This document shows, piece after piece, positions 10,845-20,000 of a DNA stretch of 20,000 nucleotides. Below the pieces are notes generated by a model. That model was given only the letters and a program-made list of their open reading frames with translations, was not told the DNA's origin and did not search any database. Numbering within the stretch: position 1 is the first letter of the stretch; each line of letters begins with the position of its first letter. The translations under genes and the position numbers were made by a program. Source of the DNA: Priapulus caudatus (lineage: Eukaryota); contig NW_014577066.1 in assembly GCF_000485595.1 (NCBI RefSeq), positions 829,071-849,070 of the forward strand, given 5' to 3'.

Positions 10845-11840
10845 TCGTATTAGTTTAGCATGATAATATTATTGAACAAGCTCAATCCTGTGATACAATG
10901 ATCATCCCGCAGATGATCAATGACTTGTGACCAACACCTGAAAGAGAACAGTAACATCACATACACACTGTAGGTTTGTCAGCACCGACACCACTCCATA
11001 CTTCCCCTATGACATCACGTGCCCAGTTGCCCGTCCATTTTAGTGTAGGTCCCTTATTTTGAGAAGACAGAAAAACAAAGAAAGTTATAATCTCATGCAT
11101 TGTGCTGCGCCATCACGTGTTGGTCAGCGGAATCGTATTCCCCGCGGCAGGATATTTTCATATTGGTCTGTGCAGCGAACCTGCGGGGGTGGCGCGAAGA
11201 CGCTGAAGCTTCAGCTCGCTGACCTTACATCTGAGACTCAGAACGAGTCTGCATCCAGGGCCAGCACGGTTTGCCGCGATTGAAAGCAGTGTAAATATAA
11301 TGGAGTTGTTTTAAAGACGACAAAAAAAAAAAAACGGAACATATTAGAGTCTAATTCATAGAAATAACGTTCATGACGCATGATATACACTCCTCGAGCA
11401 ATAGAAGCCAATGACTGCCAATTTTTTCCATCAAAACGCGATGTTGATATGATTTGCCGCGCGGCAATAAGATCAGCCTCACGACCGGTACTAGAAGTTT
11501 ATGTTCTGATCCGACATAATATAGCTCTATGATCCGTATTTATTCAACATGCGTTCCTCACAAATGCGCCATGGTGAAAAATGCCGTTACGGGCCGTCTT
11601 TGACAGCCTATTTTCGTGCTAGACAGTAGGCCTGCATGGTGACGAGTGGACGCGAGTACGGATAATAGGACTTATTTCAGTGAATAAAAAGTATACAATA
11701 GCGTCACGCATGACTTTTCATAAATTTTATTTTTACACTTTATTTGCTTATACGAAACCATGTCAAAATATCTTTCATAATTGTAAAAAGCCGCCTAAAA
11801 TCAGGGGCGTGTACAGAGGGGTCCAGGGGCGGACCTCCCC
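10845..11840. repeat. Duplicated block X (DOCK exon 1 and its upstream region); second copy ~19015-20000
   Basis: Colinear shared sequence, e.g. gaccttacatctgag...cagaacgagtctgcatccagggccagcacg and ggacttatttcagtgaataaaa, up to the CAGGGGCGTGTACAG MITE end. Confidence 0.92.
10991..11038 (-). pseudogene. Indel-corrupted second copy of DOCK exon 1 (probably sequencing error rather than a true pseudogene)
   Basis: Minus strand ATGGACGGGCAACTGGGCACGTGATGTCATAGGGGAAGTATGGAGTGG aligns with indels to the exon at 19160-19205, inside the duplicated block ~10845-11840 / ~19015-20000. Confidence 0.75.
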
Positions 11841-11985
11841 CCCCTGCCACGCAGAAAACGCCTCCAAGGGGTCTAATTCAAAAAAGTTCTGGGGGATTCG
11901 CATCTCCAGACCCCTTCGCCGGCCTCGCGAAGTTGGTTACTAGACCCGCCGCCCCCCCCTGGTACAAATCCTGTACACGCCCCTG
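11802..11985. mobile_element. 184-bp hAT-like MITE
   Basis: Perfect 15-bp TIRs CAGGGGCGTGTACAG / CTGTACACGCCCCTG; TSD not clean. The left end recurs at ~19956. Confidence 0.85.
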
Positions 11986-12176
11986 TACCTATATGGCACA
12001 GTAGAACGTCGAATATTATTAAAATGTAATATTTTATATATTAAATCTTTATTGCATATAATGCGTAATAAAGTGTCGTAATTTACAAATATGGTCATAG
12101 ATAACGTGCTCAGTTTCTTACAGATCATCGTGTCTGCGCCAAACAAAACTGCACCATTCGTAACAAGTTTTACAGG

Positions 12177-12508
12177 TAACGGAACTCCCCCCGAACATCG
12201 CTCGTCGGCGAGGTGCCAAATGCGTCAATTTTGGACGATGACAACCGGGAAAATGATGACGCGGTGACAGAAAATGACACTACACTACTCTTCTCTGACA
12301 ACAACAAAAAAGCGGACGGCGCCGGATCGGCGGCAAATTCAACTGGAGCAATGATGACGGCGTTGCGAAAATTGACGACAGACGCGAATGCAGTAAAGCG
12401 CGATCGGCGAGCTCGAAAAACGCGACCAGGTCCGGAACGGAAAGCTCCCGACGGCACTGACGCTTCATACTAGACAAGAACACGAGTTAATGTGTAATCT
12501 CGTGATAG
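12177..12508 (+). other. Possible exon encoding a D/N/T-rich low-complexity peptide (second copy ~17891-18213)
   Basis: GC-richer segment after tttacag/tttttcag and before ag|gt; carries ORFs 12213-12473 and 18057+; no family recognised. Confidence 0.3.
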
Positions 12509-12835
12509 GTATTATTCGTTTAATAACTGCGCTGCGGACTGCCTGTGCCTGCTGGACAGTCGATCGTTTCAAATCTAGAAGCCCTACTAGTTGTAATGTA
12601 AGGGCTGCGGCTAAATAAGCAGTGGCGCTCAACAAGATTATACGCGTTATATTGTATGACATAGGAAACGTCGTGCTCTACACGCGCACCAGTCCAAGTT
12701 TGCGACTGTCCGTTTTATCCAACGACTACCACAACCGATGTAATCAAATAAATATCAACACAGATTAAGTCCTCGACGTCCAATTGCAAAGAAGCCTTCA
12801 AGTAATGACAGCGCATTCTCACGATAAGTCTTCAG

Positions 12836-13174
12836 ACATCCCGCTCAATGTGTTGATCATGGACGCGGCAAAAATTGGAAGGAAAACCATCTGAATCGCT
12901 CAATATTATAGTCAGCGACGTGTACATGCCCACGTGCATACGCCACTTGGTGCGGTCGGTTGGCTGGACGGCGAACCCGCGCCGCATGTCGCGACCACGA
13001 CGGACACGACCCGGCGGTCCCGCGTTCCTGGCGGGAAAGGAACTCCAGCTACGCGCAACACTCGCGGCCATCGTCCACCCAGCTCCATTCGGCCTAACCC
13101 AGACCACGATCCTACAATCGTCGTCTGCGACATCGCACGCGAGCGTACGGCAATAAAAGGAGACTCGTCGAGGA
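12836..13174 (+). CDS. Ras-superfamily small GTPase-like exon, frameshifted, copy 1 (cut by gap)
   Basis: After ttcag acceptor, across frames: NVLIMDAAKIGRKTI..., SDVYMPT, DTT, GGPAFLAGKELQLR, AAIV, IVVCDIAR. The order fits beta1-G1, G2 (YxPT), G3 (DTxG), alpha2 and beta4. Confidence 0.55.
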
Positions 13175-13199
13175 NNNNNNNNNNNNNNNNNNNNNNNNN
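13175..13199. other. Assembly gap (25 N)
   Basis: 25 N. Confidence 0.99.
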
Positions 13200-13342
13200 A
13201 AAGAGAAGAGAGAGAAACGAGAGAAGCAAAGAGCAAGATAAGGAGAGCGCGAGAGAGAAGAGAGAAGAATCGAGAGCGAAGAAGGAGAGAGAGAGCAGAG
13301 AGATGACCCGAGAGAGCAGAGAGAGAGATGAGCGAAGGAGAG
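13200..13342. repeat. Degenerate (GA)n polypurine tract
   Basis: Visible GA-rich run directly after the gap. Confidence 0.9.
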
Positions 13343-13609
13343 ATCGGGGGGGTGCCGACGACGGGATCAATGTAAGCTAGGCTGCCGCCACTCCCTACTG
13401 CTGAGTCAGTGAGTGCTGCACCAGCCGTCTGTAACCTTATACTAGATGACCACCACTGACACCCTGCCATCTCACTGCACCTCGCACCTTGATCGCTATC
13501 AACCGGCTATGAACTCGTGTGCAGCCGCGTTTACACTGACGGACTGCGTGGTCTGCGCGACTCGCATCAGCGTCAGCGTCGACCACCGAGCTAAGCGTGG
13601 GAGCGTTGT

Positions 13610-13772
13610 ATAGGGCTTAGGGTATATATATACCCTACACGCACGCGTGTACGTGGGCCGTCTGTGTGTGGGGCGTGCCGTACGGGGTTAGGGGTAGGGT
13701 AGGGGCTTAGGGTGAGGTTATTATCATATAATATACCCTACCCTATAGTATATATATACCCTAAACGCCTAT

Positions 13773-13803
<31 letters not shown>

Positions 13804-14022
13804 TAGGGTTAGAGTATATATATATATAGGTTGACGGGTATATATATAGATAGGGTGAGGGTTATTAGTATATTTACCCTTAACCTATATATATATATAC
13901 CTTAACCCTAATATATATATATTTAGCCGTTAGGGCGCTATATATATATATAGGGTTAGGCGTATAATATAGTATATACCCTCACCCTAACACCTTACCC
14001 TAACCGCTAACCCTACCCTAAC
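13610..14022. repeat. Degenerate TTAGGG/CCCTAA telomere-like units interleaved with (TA)n
   Basis: ttaggg, tagggt, tgaggg and ccctaa, ccctca, cccta units in both orientations separated by TA runs. Confidence 0.85.
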
Positions 14023-14456
14023 CACACACACACCACGTAACACGCGTGGTCGTGCACGTACACGCATGCGCGCACATACACCCGTTGGCGTGCCACGTAC
14101 CACGGCATGCGTCCGCGCGTGACCACGCATGCGTGCGCCATACACGCATTGCGTACGCCATGACACGCGTTGCGTGCGCATTAACACGCTGTGCGGCACG
14201 GTACACGCATGCGTGCGCGTACACGCATGCGTGCGCGTACAACGCATGCGCCGCCGACACGGATGACGTGCACAACATCGCGGCGTGCACATACACACGT
14301 GCGCGCATGTACACACGTATGCTCGCCACATACACATGCCACGCCATCGCGGTCATGTGCATCTTGGCACGGCAGCATACATCCACGTGCACCTATTGTA
14401 CGCAGGCCGCATGGACACGCCCCGCGTGTATGATACACGCAGTGCGCGCGTGCACA
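14023..14456. repeat. Alternating purine-pyrimidine low-complexity tract (CA/CG/TG/TA)
   Basis: Repeated acacgcatgcgtgcgcgt-like motifs; source of the overlapping His/Ala/Cys/Thr ORFs on both strands. Confidence 0.85.
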
Positions 14457-14962
14457 TAAGGAGCTCGGCTGCACGATCTTGGACAAAACCCAATGCTCTC
14501 GTAGCAACACCGCGCACCTGACTCTGTGACTGTGCACGAGCTCTTTGCGCCTCGTGACGTGCCGAACCTCGGCTTTTATGCCACAGAGAGTTCGTGTTAG
14601 CTTCTGGCCTGACTGCCCAGAGTTTTATTCACAATCACTAGTGAGTTCTGTCTGTACGGCCAGCGGGCCGGGATGTGCCTACCGTCGTCATTCGTAGTCT
14701 TTATTGTTGTTGTTGCTTCCCCGTTGTTGTTGTTGTGTGTTTGTTTGCTGTTCTCTTACGCTCTTGGCGGCCGGCAACGGAGAGGAGAACAGGGAGAAGA
14801 GAAGGAATGTTGGGCATGCGGATCGCGGATCAGCGCAGTGGATTTAGAGACGGGGTCCGGAGCAATGATGTATGCTTGGATTTACGGTTGCGACTAACTC
14901 CTTCTCGAGTCGTTTTTCCTCTCTAGAAGCTTTGTGCTTAGCGCGGTGTGTACTAGGGTCCT

Positions 14963-15095
14963 TATACAATGTTACCAGATTGTATACAATGCTTTATCCA
15001 CGTCATTGTTATACAAGTGTTATCACAGATGCTTATACAGTGTTACCATAATTCTTACACATGGCACCACGATTGTATACAATGTACGTTATACA
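14963..15095. repeat. Degenerate ~20-bp minisatellite
   Basis: Recurrent tatacaatgttaccagattg-like units. Confidence 0.6.
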
Positions 15096-15106
15096 TATCA
15101 GACATG

Positions 15107-16842
15107 CACTGAGCGTAGCTAAGGGGGCACAAGGCGGCCATGGCCCCCCCCTGTTGATTGGGCCAAAACAAAACAAATTTTTTTTTTTCCTTTGCCTCTC
15201 ACGCGTCTTTCACAGACTGGCCACAATTCCTGTTACTTCTGATCTGCTGAACGAGAACATCTCTAAAATGAGCATTGTCAAGTCTGAAACTCGATTCTTA
15301 CAATGACCCAGCCACGATTCTCTTGCCTCATTCTCCCTTTTCGTTGAACAGAGATTAGTGTAACTTGACATTAATGTCAACGAAATCCTCAAAATGTTCT
15401 GTGCAAAATCGGACGAGAAAACTGTGACTTTGGTTTTAGACGATTCTGCAGCAGACAAAGAACATGACTAAAAGAAAGAGCATAACTTCTTCTCTTGCTC
15501 AGATTTGTGTTGTTGCAAGTTGGCTTTGATTGAATTTTATGGCTTCTGAACTCTTAATTGACAGAATAAAAGAAATGGAAAATGCTTTGTGAATACTTTG
15601 ATCATATTCGAACTTTTATACGGCCATTTTGGCAGAAAACCGGCGCGCTTTTATTGTCAAATCCCGATTTCAACACTAATTGTCTATGTCTATTGTCAAC
15701 ACTATTCAAAACTGCCTTCTCTATCAGGGGAGGCAAAAACAATCTTTTCATGGTAAATTTCCTTTTTATTTAATAGAGCCGGCTATTTTGCAGCTACCTT
15801 GTTTTTATTTGAAATCAAATTTCAATATGGTTTTTAGTTCCTTCATCAGAGGCAAAAGCAAAAACATTTTTTATAACGAACAAAAATTCGTTAAATGTGA
15901 TCTTTAACGCTATTGTATTCTACAACGAATGTAAATCTTTGTAATGTAAATAAATTGCATGGTTATTTTCAGTGCAAGTTTCCAACACATCTACCTGTTT
16001 TTCCCGTAGATCTTTATTTCGATTTCATCAATATGCCTCTACTTTTTAAAAAAAAATAATTTAAACTTTAACTTTTATATGAGGAACTTGAAACAGTTTA
16101 ATGAACGGATAAATTGCACATTGCATGTTACTGCCTAACAACACAAATCAAACTAATTCCAATATTCACGTCAGTGCCATGAATGAGGACTAACGGGGGC
16201 GCGGCACAAGGAGGCCATGACCCCCTCTTGATCGGAGAGCTACAAAAAATTAAGCAGAGAAGGGCCCTGAATGGGATTGGTCGTATATCCACTATTAACC
16301 TACACCTAATAATAGAAAATGAAATGCGCAAAAATGCCCATTTTGATGCCCACATACTTTTTCAAAAATTACCCTACTGGTGGGAGGGAACACACTCCCC
16401 CGCTGAGTAAATTGCTTCATCGCCATGTCTTTTGGTCGCTTAACTCTTTTCTTCCCTTCCCTGGAAAAACACTGCGCTTCGCTACAACCATATTTCACTG
16501 GGTCTAGCTAAGCGAGGAGCTCCACCAACTGCGTCGTGTGTAACCTCAGAGCCTTCCGCGCCACAGCCAGGGGGCCATCGTCCCACGTTGATCGATTCGG
16601 AGCTGGAAAAAATTAAAAGCGAGGGAGCGGGGTGAGTAAGCGCCGATTAGCATATGCCACTTCTTCATATACAGTTACCCCTAATTACTGAACTTTAGTG
16701 CTCCAGAAAATGCCATTATCATGCACGAATTTTCAAAAAATCTCCTCTACCGTGGGCATACCCCTCCGCACACCCTACCCCCTCGGTCGCTTCGCTCCCT
16801 CGCCTTGGCCCGCCCCTGTTTCAATTGCTGGCTACGCCACTG
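15107..16842 (+). mobile_element. Internally deleted or composite hAT DNA transposon
   Basis: Left end cactgagcgtagctaaggggg is similar to CAGTGGCGTAGC; right end is GCTGGCTACGCCACTG; a second left-end-like motif ggcacaaggaggccatgacccc lies at ~16203; internal transposase remnant; TSD not evident. Confidence 0.6.
15216..15435 (+). pseudogene. hAT transposase C-terminal dimerisation-domain remnant
   Basis: Across frameshifts LATIPVTS...SKMSIVKS...TMTQPRFSCLIL..VEQ..LDINVNEILKMFCAK, matching the hAT-C pattern TxPVTSxxxERSFSxLxxxKxxLRSTMxQxRLxxLxxL. Confidence 0.8.
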
Positions 16843-16844
16843 CA

Positions 16845-16845
<1 letters not shown>

Positions 16846-16934
<89 letters not shown>

Positions 16935-16951
16935 ACACACAGCACACACAC

Positions 16952-16988
<37 letters not shown>

Positions 16989-17046
16989 CACACACACACA
17001 CACACACATACACAGCACACCACACACACACGCACACACACACACA
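16846..17046. repeat. Long (CA)n microsatellite
   Basis: About 200 bp of interrupted CA repeats. Confidence 0.98.
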
Positions 17047-17307
17047 ATACGCGCGCGCGCACGCAGGCTCGCACAGGCACATGCAACATTAGGCCCTACA
17101 CAACACACGCACGCACACACGCTCAGATACGTACGTGTAACGTACGCCCGAACGCCCGAGCGCACGTACCCAGGCACGGGACGCGGCGCGAACGCATGCG
17201 AGCACGTAGGCCTACACGCAAGAGCAAAATGAACAACTACGACCTCAGCAATGACAACAACGCATTTGCATACAGACGAAAACAACTGCTGTGAGTACAC
17301 ACATACA

Positions 17308-17372
17308 TTGAGCAGCTATACTTTGAGCAGCTATATTATATATAACGTTGAGCAGTATATTTGAGCAGCAAT
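17308..17372. repeat. Four short direct repeats TTGAGCAG(C)TATA
   Basis: ttgagcag at ~17308, 17323, 17348 and 17361. Confidence 0.75.
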
Positions 17373-17671
17373 ATTTTCAAATAATAAATAACATCTATTA
17401 CACACGAGAGGTGGCAGCACCGTTTTGTGAGGGCGAGGCTGGCGAAGCAGTGTCTCTTGTTATTCATAGTGCTAGAACATAAACTACATTTGTGATATCG
17501 GATTTTGGGTAGGTGGTCTTAAATAGGCATATGTTTGTAAAATTAGGTAACCTATTCACGGTCATAAATGTCAAGCGTAATTAATTAGGAATTTCTCGGT
17601 CTCTAACTCTAAGACTAAAACAAATGACTCGAGTTTCTGAGTTCTGTTTACTCAACTCGGCTTCAAGTTCT

Positions 17672-17730
17672 TCATTACTGACATTAGTCATTACGACATT
17701 AGTCATTACTCATGACATTAGACTGATTAG
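17672..17730. repeat. Short tandem repeat TCATTAC(T)GACATTAG, about 3 units
   Basis: Directly visible. Confidence 0.75.
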
Positions 17731-18547
17731 TGTCACTCAGTCAGTATTTGTGTACAGTGACAGTATTTATTGCATATAATGCGTAATAAAGTGTCGTAAT
17801 TTACAAATATTTGGTCAATAGATAACGCTCATTTTCTTCAGGATATCGTGGTCTGCGCCAACCTGCACCATTTTCGTAACAATTTTTCAGGTGAACGGAA
17901 CTCGAACATCGCTCGGCCGCGAGTGCCAAATGCGTCAATTTTGACGATGACACCGGCGAAAAATGATGACGGCGGTGACAGAAAATGACACTACTACTAC
18001 TTCTCTGACAACAACAAAAAGCGTGACGGCGCCGGATCGGCAAATTCACTGGAGCAATGATGACGGCGTTTGCGAAAATTGACGACGACCGATGCAGAAA
18101 AGCGAGATCGGGCGAGCATCGAAAAACGCGACTGCGCCGGAAACGAAACTCGACGGCACCTGACGGCTTCATACTAGACAATACAGAGTTTAATAGTGTA
18201 ATCTCGTTATTAGGTTTATTATTTCGTTTAATAACTGCGCTGCGGGACTGCTGGTGTCTTGCTGGACAGTCGACGTTTTCAATCATAGTAGGCCTACTAG
18301 TGTTGTATTGTATAGGGGCTGCGTGCTAATTAAGCAGGGGCGCTTCAACAAGTTATTGCTGTTATTGTTATGACATATGGAACGTCGGGCTCTACCCGCT
18401 ACAGTTCCAGTTTTGCAGATTGTCCGTTTTATTCCAAACGACTACCAACGATGTATCAAATAAATATCAGACGATTAACGTCCTTGAACGTCATTGACAA
18501 AGAGCTCAGTAATGCACGCGGCCATTATTCTACGTAAGTCTTTCCCA

Positions 18548-18932
18548 ATGACATCCCCCAATGTGTTGATCATGGACGCGGCCAAAATTGGAAGGACAAC
18601 CATCCTGAATCGGCTCATATATTTCAGCGAACGTGTACAGCCCTACGATGCAATACGCCTTGGTGGCGGTCGGTTGGTGGACGCGGAACCACGCGCACTG
18701 TCGCGACCACGTACGGACACGACCCGGTCCCGCGGTTTCCTGGCGGGGAAGGAACTCAGCTACGCGCAACTCGGCGGCCATCGTCCCCGCCTGCTCATCG
18801 GCTATACCCAGTCACGATTCCTACATCGTCGTCTGCGACATCGCACGCGACGTACGGCGAATGAAAGGAAGCTTGGTCGAGGGATGTAAGCTGGCGCTGG
18901 TGTGCAACGGATTCAACCACGCTCCGGCATGA
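18548..18932 (+). CDS. Ras-superfamily small GTPase-like exon, frameshifted, copy 2
   Basis: NVLIMDAAKIGRTTILNRLIYFS (ORF 18494), YSPT (ORF 18633), DTT..FLAGKEL, then RNSAAIV...DSYIVVCDIARDVRRMKGSLVEGCKLALVCN, resembling the Ras alpha3/beta5 region (I.RVK...P..LVGN). Confidence 0.6.
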
Positions 18933-19159
18933 ACACGGGCCCTAACTGTAAACCTTACGATTAGGTAATCGTTAGTGCGCCATCAGCCACTGACTACGAG
19001 TACGAGAACGTCATATCTTAATTTAGTTAGCATTATATTTTATTGAAACGCTTCAAGTGCCTGTGATCATGATCATGTCATGATTGATTGTGACCACCCT
19101 GAAACTGAGACAGTAGACCATGCACTTACACACTGGTAGGGTTTTTGTCAAGCACTCAC

Positions 19160-19205
19160 CTACGCCATACTTCTCCCTATCGGACACACGTGCCCAGCCC
19201 GTCAT
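19160..19205 (-). CDS. DOCK1-like: DOCK-family GEF, first coding exon
   Basis: ATG at 19205-19203; MTGWARVSDREKYGV plus 1 nt (46 nt), then a consensus donor gtgagt. Resembles the DOCK1 N-terminus MTRWVPTKREEKYGV; phase 1 fits exon 2. Confidence 0.88.
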
Positions 19206-19500
19206 TGTTAGTGTAGTCCACTTATTTCTGAAGCAGAAAAACAAACAATTGTTTTATAAGTCTCCATGCATTTGCTGCTAGCGGCCATCACCGTTGTTGG
19301 GTCACGTGATCTGTTAGTTCCGCTGCGGCAGGATATTTTCATATTGTGTCTTGCAGCGAACCTGGCGGTGGGTGGCCGAAGACGCTGAACTCAGTCGCTG
19401 ACCTTACATCTGAGAACTCAGAACGAGTCTGCATCCAGGGCCAGCACGTGTTTTGCGCGGTTGAAAGCAGTGTAAATATATGGAGTTGTTTTAAAGACCA
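19206..19500 (-). promoter_or_regulatory. Probable 5' UTR / proximal promoter of the DOCK gene
   Basis: Positional only: CpG-containing stretch immediately upstream of the ATG exon. Confidence 0.35.
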
Positions 19501-19955
19501 CAAAGGACATATTAGAGTCTAATTTCATTAGAAATAACGTTAATTTGACGCATGATTATACAATTCCTCGAGAATAGAAGCCAATGACTTGACAATTTTT
19601 TCATCAAACTGCGATGTTGGATAATGCCTCCGCGCGGCATAAATCAGCTCACGTACGGTACTAGAAGTTTATGTTCCTGAATTCCACATAATATTCTCAT
19701 GATTTCCGCATTTATTCAACATGCGTTCCAAAATGCCATGGTGAAAATGCCGTTTCGCCGTCTTTTTGACAGCCTATTTTCGTACTAGACAGTATTGCTC
19801 ATGGCTGACGAGTGACGACGGATATATATGGACTTATTTCAGTGAATAAAATTATAATATGCACGCATACATTTCATATTTTTATTTTTACACTTTTTTT
19901 GCTTTACAGAAAACCATGTCACATTCTTTATAATTTGTAAAAGCCGCCTATATAT

Positions 19956-20000
19956 CAGGGGCGTGTACAGAGGGTGTCCAGGGGGTCCGGACCCCCCCCC
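19956..20000. mobile_element. Left end of the CAGGGGCGTGTACAG MITE (duplicate of 11802, truncated by window edge)
   Basis: CAGGGGCGTGTACAGAGGGG in the same flanking context as 11802. Confidence 0.85.

Larger units (their letters stand above)
12048..13174. repeat. Duplicated block Y; second copy ~17766-18885
   Basis: Both copies start tttattgcatataatgcgtaataaagtgtcgtaatttacaaatat and stay colinear with many small indels. Confidence 0.92.

Noticed and set aside
11229..11290. CTGAGA...GAAA with a small hairpin as a possible hammerhead ribozyme
   Set aside because: The core CUGANGA and stems I-III could not be assembled.
13610..14022. True chromosome end
   Set aside because: Repeats are short, degenerate, bidirectional and flanked by other sequence on both sides.
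13987..14537. Six overlapping ORFs on both strands
   Set aside because: Low-complexity purine-pyrimidine tract with no domain signal.
16698..17300. His-Thr and Cys-Val repeat ORFs
   Set aside because: Translation of the (CA)n microsatellite.

Overview
Non-coding-dominated animal (probably marine invertebrate) genomic DNA from an error-prone, gap-filled draft assembly with two exactly 25-N gaps and indel-rich duplicate segments. The one confidently identifiable gene is the 5' end of a DOCK-family Rac GEF (DOCK1/2/5-like) on the minus strand, which the ORF track largely misses. Its three short GT-AG exons (19160-19205, 642-725, 85-178) splice in frame to the N-terminal SH3 domain MTGWARVSDREKYGVVISNFKSDKQEALFLQVGDSVHISERNEDWYRGYNMRNRTKKGIFPKTHVHIKDGVVVN. 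Most of the rest is its large first intron or duplicated flank, filled with hAT-type MITEs, a hAT transposase remnant, Helentron/HINE-like elements, a duplicated ~0.8-1 kb foldback with a 40-bp tandem array, microsatellites and scrambled telomere-like repeats. The most interesting signal is a frameshifted, twice-present plus-strand Ras-like small GTPase sequence next to DOCK exon 1; both copies share a non-canonical P-loop (DAAKIGR). Most long ORFs in the track are microsatellite artefacts.
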